Of a DNA stretch of 59,602 nucleotides, positions 22,790 to 33,742 are shown piece after piece. Below the pieces are notes generated by a model. It was not told where the DNA came from. It did no database searches and saw only the letters and a list, made by a program, of their open reading frames with translations. The translations under genes and the position numbers were made by a program. Every line of letters starts with the position of its first letter. The stretch's first letter is position 1. This stretch comes from Carcharhinus longimanus (Eukaryota): positions 74,041,277 through 74,100,878 of the forward strand of contig JASCQW010000027.1 of assembly GCA_030264375.1 (NCBI GenBank), read 5' to 3'.

Positions 22790-24435
22790 CATGTCTGCAA
22801 ACCTGCTTGGGTCATATCAGTCCATCTGACCAACCAATAATACCGGTTCATGACCTAGTCCTCTGATGCAAACTCACAGCCCTTTTGCAAGCCCTTTTAG
22901 CTTGATCACACATCCCTTTCCCCAATAATTTCTAAAACTCTACTTTCTTCTTAATGCCACTTTCTGTCAAGCTTCCCTTTCTGCTAAACACACCAGCAGT
23001 TTGATAACTGTACGTTGCTGCAGTCCTTCTTTATGTCTGCAGCTGTGTGCTGACCATCTTCTGCCTCCTTCTCTTCTTTGTGTCTGCCAACCACACATCT
23101 CCTGGTCTTAACTTCCTTCCTGTTGGTACTTCTTCCACCTCAAGGAGAGGAAGGTCACATTGACCTTGCTGTCTAAGAAAATTCCAATTGATCCCTTCAC
23201 AGTTGGTGCAAACTGTCCAACTTTTCAAACGTTCTTAAAAAGAATCTCAGAGCCACAGATATTTGAAAGAAATTACAGATTTTCCTGGCTGTTGCTTCTG
23301 GTTCAAGCACCAGTGCCAGTTCTTAAAGATGAGAAAAAAAAATCCTATTATTTCAGCTCAACTTTAAATTCATGTAAAATTATATTTTTTTTGCTTTTGT
23401 AGTGAGCCTTGATGAAGGCTGACTTGAAGTTGCAGGTAGCCAGGCATTAAAGTCAACATCAACATCAGTGGAGAAACAGATCATTAACTGTAGGGTGCTT
23501 CAGTTTCAAGTGTATACATTCTGTTTGACATGTAACCAGGCTTTGAAACTCACTCAAGCTTGTACCTCAGTAAGCAGCATTCGTTATTTCAAGGAAAAGT
23601 TATTCCTTGTTAATGGTTTCCAGAAGAGGGCTGCAATCTCAGATTGCTGAACAAGTGGTTAAAGCTGACACTGTTTGCCAACTCCAAGACTGAATCGGGA
23701 ATATTACAGGTGGATTATGGTTTGAAGCCACTTTGAAATCAGATTACTCCACAGAAAGACTTTAGCGCAAAGAATCACTTACATTTTTTTAAACACAAAT
23801 ACATTTCAAACAGGTATGGAGATGGGAACTGATCAAGATGCAAGTGACCAAGTTTTGATGATGTTAGTAAGAAACAATTTGCTACTCTGCCTCTGTAATT
23901 GATAAAAACCTCATACCCTTTGTGTTGAAAGTCTCAGTTTTTTGATTGTGGGAAGAGGGAGATTAGAGAAACAGAGGCACACAATAAACTCTGAGCTACC
24001 TAGCAGGAGAGAAGCCCGAGTTATTGTGGTAATTTTCACTTTCAGTGCTTGGGTTGTAGAGTGAGGGAGTGGATCGCTTGCTTACTGTCAAACTCACACA
24101 ATATAGGAAACCAATGTATGGTATTTATTTTGTGCCATAAGTGTATCTAGGCACAAGTACTGCTCTGAACATTGACACACTGTAAAGTAAATCAATTGAA
24201 CTATTCGTATTTGGCCTCATCATCCAGTCTCTCTCTTTGCCTGCCGTCAAAGAAATTGGTGAGACACATGAGAGCATGTATGAAAGATATGTGTCTATAA
24301 CTCAGATCACAAGGACCTACCATTGTTACACTCTGTGGACTATGCTGTTGTATAATTGGATATTGGGCAGTCGCGTGTATGCTTCAGATCAAGATGATCT
24401 TCCGTTGGAATGAAAAGTCCTAAGCACTGATCTAG
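22790..24435 (-). pseudogene. Further decayed segments of the antisense VWA3/DUF4537-like gene
   Basis: Minus-strand peptides DQCLGLFIP and LTNFFDGRQRERLDDEAKY (24200-24435); SNLISKWLQT and VLELANSVSFNH...NVYT...FNAWLPATSSQ (23410-23760); RKLRPGDVWLA (~23100); YYWLVRWTD (~22840). Confidence 0.45.
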
Positions 24436-25352
24436 ATTTCCCTCCTCGAGGTGGATAGCAGGAGGCGGGAAAGTCGGGAAGTATCCACGTAGCTGAGATC
24501 TTCATTCCATGAGTTGGGTGTGAACTGGAGTCAGGCCAGCTGACCCAAGAAGTTCAGGGGCATCCACAGGGGCTGCCAGGAGTCAAGGTGGGCTGTTTGA
24601 ACAGCCCCTTGATGCTGTGGCACTTAATCCCATTAGAAATAAAACACAAAGGTGCTCTAGCCCTTACCCCTCACACCCCCTCACCTTCCAAACACTCTAC
24701 ATGCCCCATCCATGCCATGTTATGCCCCCCATTCATCTGCTCATTACCCCTCATGCCTGCTGTGCCAAGCTCTGTACTTCCATGCCCATTGGCCCAATAT
24801 ACATTTTCCTGAATGAATTGACACTGTAGTGGCATTAGGATGTATGAAAGAAAAGCTTTGAAGAAAAAGAATTCATTCACCATTTTCTCTTATGTGAAAA
24901 AGTTCATTTCACTACAAGCTAATAAAAATGTAATTCTTGCAGACCCTTCGAAGTTTCAGGAACAGAAACCACAAACTCTTGAAACTATTTAATGCTGTGT
25001 AATGAAACATTGTGAATTTGACAGCAGAGATCAGAGAGCCTGAGCTGTCCATCAGACAGTGTTTCCTTTGGAAATCATGTGCTTTTATGCTTTAATGGAT
25101 GTCTGGGCTCTCAGCCAAGAATAAATATGTAATGAGGAGTTGGACATATCTTTCTCTGCATGGAACCGATCAAGTCAGGGTGCTCTTGCAGCCTTTTGAC
25201 AGGAACCTGCCTGCACCTTTAAAAGACACTCTTGAAAATTAGGCAGCCTGGGAATGGGGTCAGGAATCCTGGAATTGGGAGCTGTCTGCCATTTATAAAG
25301 GGCTCCTAGTGATCCAGACGTAAGGAAAATTCCATTTCTACAGATGTCTGAC

Positions 25353-25662
25353 ATCATAGAATCGTATAGTGCAGAAGGAGGCCATTTGGCCCATCGAATC
25401 TGCACTGACCACAATTCTACCTAGACCTGTAATCCCTGTGGGTTTACCCTAGCTAGTCCCTTGACACTAAGGGTCAATTTAGCATGGCCAGTCCATCTGA
25501 CCTGTACATCTTTGGACTGTGGGAGGAAACTGGAGCACCCGGAGAAAATCCACGCAGACACAGGGAGAATGTGCAAATCCACACAGACAGTGACCAAGCT
25601 GAAAATCGAACCTGGGTCCCTGGTGCTGTGAGGCAGCAGTGCTAACCACTGCGCCACCATGC
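25353..25662 (-). mobile_element. HE1-type SINE (CR1-like tail)
   Basis: Reverse complement of ggtggcgcagtggttagcactgctgcctcacagcaccagggacccaggttcgat...; tail ends ctatgat. Inserted into a Penelope-like repeat fragment. Confidence 0.85.
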
Positions 25663-26319
25663 TGAGTGTTTCCAACACTTTTGATTTTTATTTCAGATTT
25701 TCAGCATCTATAATGTGCTACTTTTGTGATAGGTGATGGACAATATAGGCAGACCTGAAATGTAAGATGTTCAAACTATTTTTATTACCATGGTACCCAG
25801 CAGATTATCTCAGACCCATGTTCTACAACAGTTGAGGGTCAATTTTAATGGTCAACAGCAAGCCAGTGTGTCTGCAGCCCTGTACAGCAGATTAAATTAG
25901 AGGCTAAACTGACCTGAAGTACCAGGGCTCATTTGAACACCTTTGATCAGCTGCTCACCCACTTCCAGAAGCAACTGGCAGCTGGTCCATGTTGGAGGGT
26001 AAAGATCAATGGTTCAAAATCTGCTGGGCAGCCTCAGAAGAATTCACTCTGCTAATCCTGGGAAGGAAGAGGTGAGCATTATTGCAAGGGTCTGATGGCA
26101 GAAACAGGGTGGAGCCCAGGCTGAGGAGACTTGACTTGCTTTGTAAGGTCAGTAGGAATAATCTGGCTCCTCTGATCTACAATAAGCCACCGTGGCCTTG
26201 CTGACTTCCCGACAACTTCACTGAGCATTTTTCCAATGTGAGCCACTCCTCTGATGTTTAAGGGATTCTCAGGAATGTCAGCAGCCATGAATTCAAAGAT
26301 TAACTTGGTCTAACCTGAC

Positions 26320-27560
26320 CAGTGTTTGTTTTCTTTCAAACTGTGAATATTTAAATCGTTTTCTGTGAAACAGGGATGTTTGGTGATCATTTTATTTCCG
26401 TAATGATTTTTCAGAAACCAAATGGCACTAACTCTGAGGAGATCTTTTGCAAGTTTCATGTCAAATTATTTCTGCAGAAGTGAGTACCCCTCTCCCACTT
26501 TAGTTATCGATACAAAATAGTCAGATTCCTTACCTTTGTTTTTGCTGGGCTTTAATAACTTTATGTTATTACTCTTACATTGCTATTTGCATAAAATGAT
26601 TTGAATGAGAGTTTCTTTGAAGTTTGCTTTATGATGAATAATTTAGATAGAGATAATAGTCCAGTGGTATAGTCGGAGCAATGACATTAATGTTTTGTCC
26701 ACAGTGCCAAGTAGGTCATCGTGGACTGCCACAGGATGGATGCTTCTTGGGTAATGTTGATTTGAGTGAATATTGATGCTTCTGAGCAGTGATTAAATGA
26801 AAATCCTTCCTGCTCCTACCAGCCATGGCTGCAAATGAGCAGCCTAATTTCCAGTTGGATGTCATTCACAATGCCCTGTCACCCATTTAAATCTTTAAAA
26901 TTGATACCTGCTTTTCACAGCATCCCCTGCCAAAGCTTGCACGCATTACGGACTGATTGTACAAACAGATGTCCCCTGTGGCATGAAAGAATCCACAAGT
27001 GTAAGATCATTGTGTTGTGAAAGCACAATCATATTCTAGGTCACTGTGCTGCAGATAGCAGACAAGATGCCTTTTATAGCCTTTCTTCTGCTCTGCGAGC
27101 AGCGCTGACTGGCTCCCTCAGATATGTTATGACAAATGAGGCAGGCTTTATGATGTGGATCCAAAGGTACTGACAGCTGTGGACAAAACATTAATGTCAT
27201 TGCACTGACTAGATTTTTCCCATCTAAATTATTCATCGTAAGGCAAACTTCAAAGAAATTCCCACCCTAATCATTTTATGCAAATAGCAATGTAAGAGTA
27301 ATAACAAGAAGTATTAACACAGCAAAAAAAGGCAGGAAATCTGACTATCTAATATGAAGGACTAAAGGGGGGAGGGGTACACACTTTCTCAGATATAATT
27401 TGACAAGACACTGGCAAAATATCTCCTCAGAGTCACTGCCATGTTTTCATTTGCTTTCTGAAAAATCATTAAATAAATCAAACAATCCCCAAATTTCCTT
27501 GTTTTAGAAAACAACTACTTAAATATCCACAGTTTCTAAAACAGTGGTTTAAATGTTCAC
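26320..27560. repeat. Long imperfect inverted repeat (arms ~26320-26704 and ~27177-27560)
   Basis: 26678-26704 is the exact reverse complement of 27177-27203; 26564-26601 is the exact reverse complement of 27269-27306; colinear similarity along ~380 bp. Confidence 0.85.
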
Positions 27561-27829
27561 TGGTTGCAAACGGACCCATTCTGTTCCTTGTGTCCGTCTG
27601 ATGATTGAGAAGCTTCCTGTGTTCAGTCTTGTCGACTTAACCTCACAGGGAAAGATTTGACATAAAATCAACTGCATGGTTTAATTGTTTGCAACAAATT
27701 TCCACATTTATCTTTAAAGGAATTTACTGTTGAAGGAAAAAAAATCAAATATATAATGCAAATTTGAAAAAATAAAGTAAGATTGGGAATTTCACACTTC
27801 TATTCAAAATAAAGTGGGATAAGTTTCGA

Positions 27830-29010
27830 AGATATGCCAGCCAGCCTAACTTAAGTAGTGGGGAAACCTTTTTTTAAGTTTTTTGCTCCAAGTTATAAGC
27901 CAATGCTCAGAATGATCCAGGCAAACCTAAACCCATTTCTTGCATGCACTAAAAATCAAAACCCACTTGAATCCAATTCAGGGTCCCCACACGAGAAACA
28001 AATAAAATCCAAGCTGACCAGATAAGGCATTGTATCTCATCTTGGGTTTGATCTGACGCTTGTTGATCTTAGCCGAAACCTTTAGAGGCAAACATCTGGG
28101 ACAAAATTAATTGGCATATGGAAAAGTAAAGATGAATAAACTAAAGTCATGGTGGGCTTGTTAAAGGCAAACCATGTTTAACTAACTTATTGGCTTCTTT
28201 GGTGATTAAGACAAAAGAGTTGATGAGGCTAATGCAGCCAATGCTGTGTTTTGGACTTTGAAGAAGTGTTCAATGAAGTGTAACATAATAAACTTGTTTC
28301 CAAAATGAAAAGCCATGGAATGAAAGGGCATAGCAATTAATGGATACAATTTTGGGTAGGCAGAAAGTAGTAGCGAGCATTTATTTTGCAGATTGGAGGA
28401 AAGTATAGTTCCCCAGGAGTCAGTGTAAGTTCACTGCTCTTCTTGATATATATTAATCAACTGAACTTGAGCAGATAGGCAATAAGTTGAAAGTTTGAAA
28501 GTCAGAAATGTAGAAAACATCAAAGGGAATATTAACAGTCTTCAGGGTCATGGACAGACTGGTGAAATGGGCAAATACATGACAGAAAAAATTTAATGAT
28601 GAAGCGATATCTTTTAGTTGGACAAATAAGGAGCAAAATGAGGGATTTCAGAACAGAACAGCCTGGGGTGCGCATCCAAAGGTCTTTGAAGGTGACTGGA
28701 CAAGTTGTGAATGCTGAAAGCATCTGAGATCCTGGGCTCTGTTCATAAAGGCAGAGAGCACAAAAGCAAGAAGGTTAAATGAAATGTTTCTCAAACATTG
28801 TTTTGGCCCTTGCTGAAGTATTGTGTTCAGATCTAAGTAACATCCTTTAGGAAGGATGTGAAGACAATAGAAAGGGTGAAAAAGCAATTTATTAGAATTG
28901 TACCAGGGATGGGGAACTACAGTTATATGGAGAGACTGAGAAAACTGGGATTATTCTCCTTAAAGCAGGGAAAGGTAAGAGGAGATTTGATGTTGGTGTA
29001 CAAAATCATA
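27830..29010 (+). mobile_element. Old CR1 LINE ORF2 remnant
   Basis: KTIERVKKQFIRIVPGMGNYSYMERLRKLGLFSLKQGKVRGDLMLVYKII; upstream degenerate RT motifs. Confidence 0.75.
27872..28074 (-). mobile_element. U2 snRNA-headed short retroposon, copy 2 (5'-truncated)
   Basis: Minus strand begins GGCTAAGATCAA (U2 nt 19-30); body homologous to ~10015-10170; ends in an A-rich tail; perfect 9-bp TSD GAAACCTTT (27863-27871 and 28075-28083). Confidence 0.8.
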
Positions 29011-29099
29011 AATGATTCCCAGTACTCCCAACTGCTGCTTTTTTACCTGTTTATGTGAAAAGGTTTGTCTGCAGAATGTGTTCTTAGAGGTAGCTGTAC

Positions 29100-32000
29100 A
29101 CACTTTAGAGATTAATTTGTACACTTTGGAGGCATCAGCGTTGACTCGCTAATGAATATATTTGTCCATCTAAGAAACTCCATGACACTGGTCATGGGTT
29201 CTGTTAGTCCTTGCGTAGCTGATGAGCCTGATCCTAGAGGTGCAACTCTGACCGCACACGTTGCAGGTATTTGCTAGAGGTTTGTTCGGTCCTCGGACTT
29301 GAGATCACTGGTATTCCTTTCTCAGGTTCCTTTTCTGGACCTGCTTCTAGATATTCTCGAAGAATTATGTCTCTTCAATCAGAAGGTTCCTTCAAGTAGG
29401 TCTCCTCTGAGCAGGGGTCTCCTCGGTGTGAACATCCATGTTGCATTTCTAGAGATAAACATTTAGCACGTCTTTGAAGCTCTTCCTTTGTCCTCCTGCT
29501 GTTCGGGTTCCTTCCTTGAGCTGGGTGAAGAAGATTTGCTTTGGCAGTTGGGAGTCCCCCATCCTAAGCACATGGCCAGTCCAGCGGATTTGGTTTCCGA
29601 TGATCATGGCCTCGATGCTGATGCGGTTGGCTCCTCAAAAACACAGAAATTAGCATGCTTGTCCCCCCAGCTGATGCAGAGCATCGTCTCAGAAACATAA
29701 ATGGTATCTCTCCAAGGTCTTGAGGTGGCATCTGTGCAAAATCCAGGTTTCTGAACTTGGGAGTTGGGAGGATGACTCCCTTGTACATGAAGGTCTGACT
29801 ATCAACAAGGATGTTGCGGTCATTGAAGACTCTCATCCTTATGCATCACAAAATGGTGCATGTGGATTGGATGCCATGTTGGATCTTCACATAGATGGCA
29901 GCCTTAGATGATAGGTGGCTCCCCAGAAAGGAGAAATGTTCCATGTTCCTTCGTTGATCTTGATGGAGGGTGAGAGTGGATTTTGCCCGGGGGTGGGCTG
30001 GTAAAGGACCTGAGTCTTCTTGAAGTTGAGGTTGAGATTGATTCTTCAGTATACTTCTGCAAAGATGTGAAGCCTGGCTTGGATATTCTCTTCTGAGAGG
30101 GCAGAGATGGTGACGTCATCCACATACTGAAGTTCCACAAGTGATGGCAGCGTCGGTTTCTTCATAGTTTTGAACTGGTTGAAGTTGAAAAGGTTTCCAT
30201 TCATCCTGCAGACGATGTCCACTGCACTAGGAAACTTGTTCTTGACAAGGTGCAGGATGGTGTGATGAAGATGGAGAAATGGGTGAGGGCGGTGCCATAT
30301 CCCTGTTTGACTCCAGTTTTAACTAGGAAGGTTTCTGTCTTATTTTCGTTGGTGAGGACTGATGACAGCATCTTGTTATGGGGTAGTCGGAGGATGTTGA
30401 TGAATTTCTCTGGAAAGCTGATCTTTGACTGGGTCTTCCATTACACTCGTAAATTGTAAATGTGAGGTCATCCATTTTGCTAGGAATAATAGCAAAATGG
30501 ACTATTATTTAAATGGTAAAAAATTGCAGCATGCTGCTGTGCAGAAATGGCGGCGTGGGCTTATTGGGCCGAGGGGCCTGTTTCCCGTGCTGTGTTGTTC
30601 TTTGCTCTTTGTTCAGAGGGACTTGGGTGTCCTTGTGCAGGCATCTCAAGGAGTTGGTTTACAGGTGCAGCAGGTAATTAAGAAAGCAAATGGAATTTTA
30701 TTCTTAATTGCTCAAGGGATGGAGTTTAAAAATGGTGAGATTATGTTGCAGTTGTATATAAGGTGCTGGTGAGGCCACATCTGGAGTACTGTTACAGTTT
30801 TGGTCTCCTTACTTGAGAAAGGATATACTTGCNNNNNNNNNNNNNNNNNNNNNNNNNNNNNNNNNNNNNNNNNNNNNNNNNNNNNNNNNNNNNNNNNNNN
30901 NNNNNNNNNNNNNNNNNNNNNNNNNNNNNNNNNNNNNNNNNNNNNNNNNNNNNNNNNNNNNNNNNNNNNNNNNNNNNNNNNNNNNNNNNNNNNNNNNNNN
31001 NNNNNNNNNNNNNNNNNNNNNNNNNNNNNNNNNNNNNNNNNNNNNNNNNNNNNNNNNNNNNNNNNNNNNNNNNNNNNNNNNNNNNNNNNNNNNNNNNNNN
31101 NNNNNNNNNNNNNNNNNAGGCAAGGATAGATACATTTTTGAACAGTAAAGGAATTAAGGGTTATGGTGAGCGGGCGGGTAAGTGGAGCTGAGTCGACGAT
31201 AAGATCAGCCATGATCTTATTGAATAGCAGAGCAGCTTGAGGGGCCAGATGGTCCTGCTCCTAGTTCTTATGTTCTTACTTCCCAATTGACAGATCAATG
31301 AAGGCTGTGTAGAGTGCTTGATGTTGCTCCTAAAATTTGTCTTGAAGTTGTTGAGCAGTGGAAATCATGTTTGTAGTTCCATGGTTTGGTCGGAGGCTAC
31401 ATTGAATTTCTGGAAGGATTTCTTCAAAGTGTGAGAGAAGATGGCTAGTGAGGAGTGGTGTGATGATCTTCCCGGTGATGGAGCATAGGGTGATTTCTCA
31501 GTAGTTCTTATAGACCTATTTGTCTCCTTTCTTGACAAGCTGGTGTTCTGCACATTTGCTGAACAGGAAAACCCCGTTTCAGTTGCAAATCCCAACTCCG
31601 ATCTTTCTGGTGGTTCCTTTCCTGAGTTGGGGGTCCTTTCGAACCCTGGCATTGTAGTCCCCCAAGGAGAAAGATCTTATTTTAGGAATCTTGGAGAGTA
31701 TAATGTTCAGGGTGGAGTATATGCCTCCTTTGTACTCACCGTTGGCATCACAGGCTGGAGCATAGACATTCAGGATTGTTGCCTGCTGATTTTTGCCATG
31801 ATGTTGACAGAGTTGTGAGATGCTCGCTGATGCTGATAGGGCGCTCCAAGAGTCAGTTGACAAGCTTGTTCTTGATGGCAAATCCAACTCCATGTGTCCT
31901 GGGCTGATCCTTGGGTTTTCCTCTCCAGAACACCATCATCTTCCCTCGCCTACCCTTCACCTGCTCTTCGGATCTCTTGCAGGGCTGCAATGTCAGTGTT

Positions 32001-32200
32001 GATGTCCTTGAATTCGTGGGCAACCAGTGCGGTTCTTCATTTTCATCGATTGTTTTGCTCCTTGTCCATGAGGGCTCATGTATTCCAGGTTTCAAGATTG
32101 AGGTTAACTTTGATTTCCTGACTGCAGGTAAATAAACCTACTGGATGTGGTTTTCCAGCCAGGTTGCAGACTTCTTTAAGGGCATCTTTTCCAGCCCTTT
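29100..32200 (-). mobile_element. RTE/BovB-like LINE, near full length, decayed, split by a CR1 insertion
   Basis: Endonuclease motifs HGVGFAIKNKLV, ATILNVYAP, LGDYNARV (31400-32100); RT motifs GVKQG...THFSIF (~30270-30315) and YVDD (~30115-30127). Confidence 0.8.
30450..31278 (+). mobile_element. CR1 LINE 3' part inserted in the RTE, itself carrying a ~70-bp CR1 3'-end insertion (30546-30614)
   Basis: KCEVIHFARNN...YYLNG...QRDLGVLV...KKANGILFLIAQGMEFKN; (TTCTTATG) tail. The small insert is flanked by caga/caga. Confidence 0.8.
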
Positions 32201-33640
32201 CCCTGTGTGGAGTGTGCCAGATTGCAGCGAAGGACTTCCAGATCTCACTGACCCCACCACCTCCTGATGATTAGCTCAGGGCGTGTTTGTGTGGGAGGGG
32301 GATAGGAAGGAAGGACTGATGTTTCACCAATTTCTTCATGTGAGATTAGTATTGCGAAAAAGACTAATTCACAGCCCAAAAGAACAAAATGTGCATTGAA
32401 CAACAGCAAGGTGACAATGATGAAAATAGTTATTTCAGAGTGTTACTGCAGCTAACATTTTTAGTGAAGGCAAAAATTGTGTCCATGAAATATTTCTTTG
32501 TAATCCATTTTACCTTGAGCTATCTGGTGGTTTGTGATCAATGCAGTGTGGTGGCGGTGATTAATGTGAGTGTTTCATGTTCTTATTGTTGGCTTTCTAA
32601 ATTCCAAATGCCCTTTGCATTCAGAACGAAACAAAGGTATCATGTTTCAGGACTGCAATAATGGTGGCACAATTACAAATAAGGCAGCTTTATCCCATTG
32701 CGTGCCTCCATGTTCTGCTGAAAACTGATATTGTGGTAAGAACTAAGTTACATTATCTTCTTCACCCCCAGACATGGTCACACACACACATATCTTGACA
32801 ATCATCAGTCTGTTTACTCTGTGAAGAACCAAAGTAGTATTTCTGTCCCAAAATTAAATTTTGTAAACTGTACTAGGTGGACACCAGGTGCTTGTCTGGT
32901 TAATCTTGAAACTATTTTCCTGCACATTGCCCCACATCTCTCTTGCGTCACGTAGTGTACACTATTTTTCTTTATTTCTTTACCTTTCCCTTGTGAGAGA
33001 CCTTGTGATAGTTGACATTTTTAATTTGGTAACAGTCCCACCAGCAAAAAGAAACAGAAAGAGACTGTGNNNNNNNNNNNNNNNNNNNNNNNNNNNNNNN
33101 NNNNNNNNNNNNNNNNNNNNNNNNNNNNNNNNNNNNNNNNNNNNNNNNNNNNNNNNNNNNNNNNNNNNNNNNNNNNNNNNNNNNNNNNNNNNNNNNNNNN
33201 NNNNNNNNNNNNNNNNNNNNNNNNNNNNNNNNNNNNNNNNNNNNNNNNNNNNNNNNNNNNNNNNNNNNNNNNNNNNNNNNNNNNNNNNNNNNNNNNNNNN
33301 NNNNNNNNNNNNNNNNNNNNNNNNNNNNNNNNNNNNNNNNNNNNNNNNNNNNNNNNNNNNNNNNNNNNNNNNNNNNNNNNNNNNNNNNNNNNNNNNNNNN
33401 NNNNNNNNNNNNNNNNNNNNNNNNNNNNNNNNNNNNNNNNNNNNNNNNNNNNNNNNNNNNNNNNNNNNNNNNNNNNNNNNNNNNNNNNNNNNNNNNNNNN
33501 NNNNNNNNNNNNNNNNNNNNNNNNNNNNNNNNNNNNNNNNNNNNNNNNNNNNNNNNNNNNNNNNNNNNNNNNNNNNNNNNNNNNNNNNNNNNNNNNNNNN
33601 NNNNNNNNNNNNNNNNNNNNNNNNNNNNNNNNNNNNNNNN

Positions 33641-33742
33641 ACAGGTGCTGGAGTGTGAAGACTTGGGGATTTTCACAGTAACTTCATTGCAGTGTTAATG
33701 TAAGCTTACTTGTGACATTAGTAAATAAACTTTAAACTTAAA
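33641..33742 (+). mobile_element. 3' tail of HE1/V-SINE-type element after a gap
   Basis: ggggattttcacagtaacttcattgcagtgttaatgtaagcttacttgtgac...aaataaacttta. Confidence 0.7.

Noticed and set aside
26533-27040. Minus-strand exon ending at AAG|GTAAGG
   Set aside because: No recognisable peptide; the sequence is explained as the left arm of the inverted repeat.
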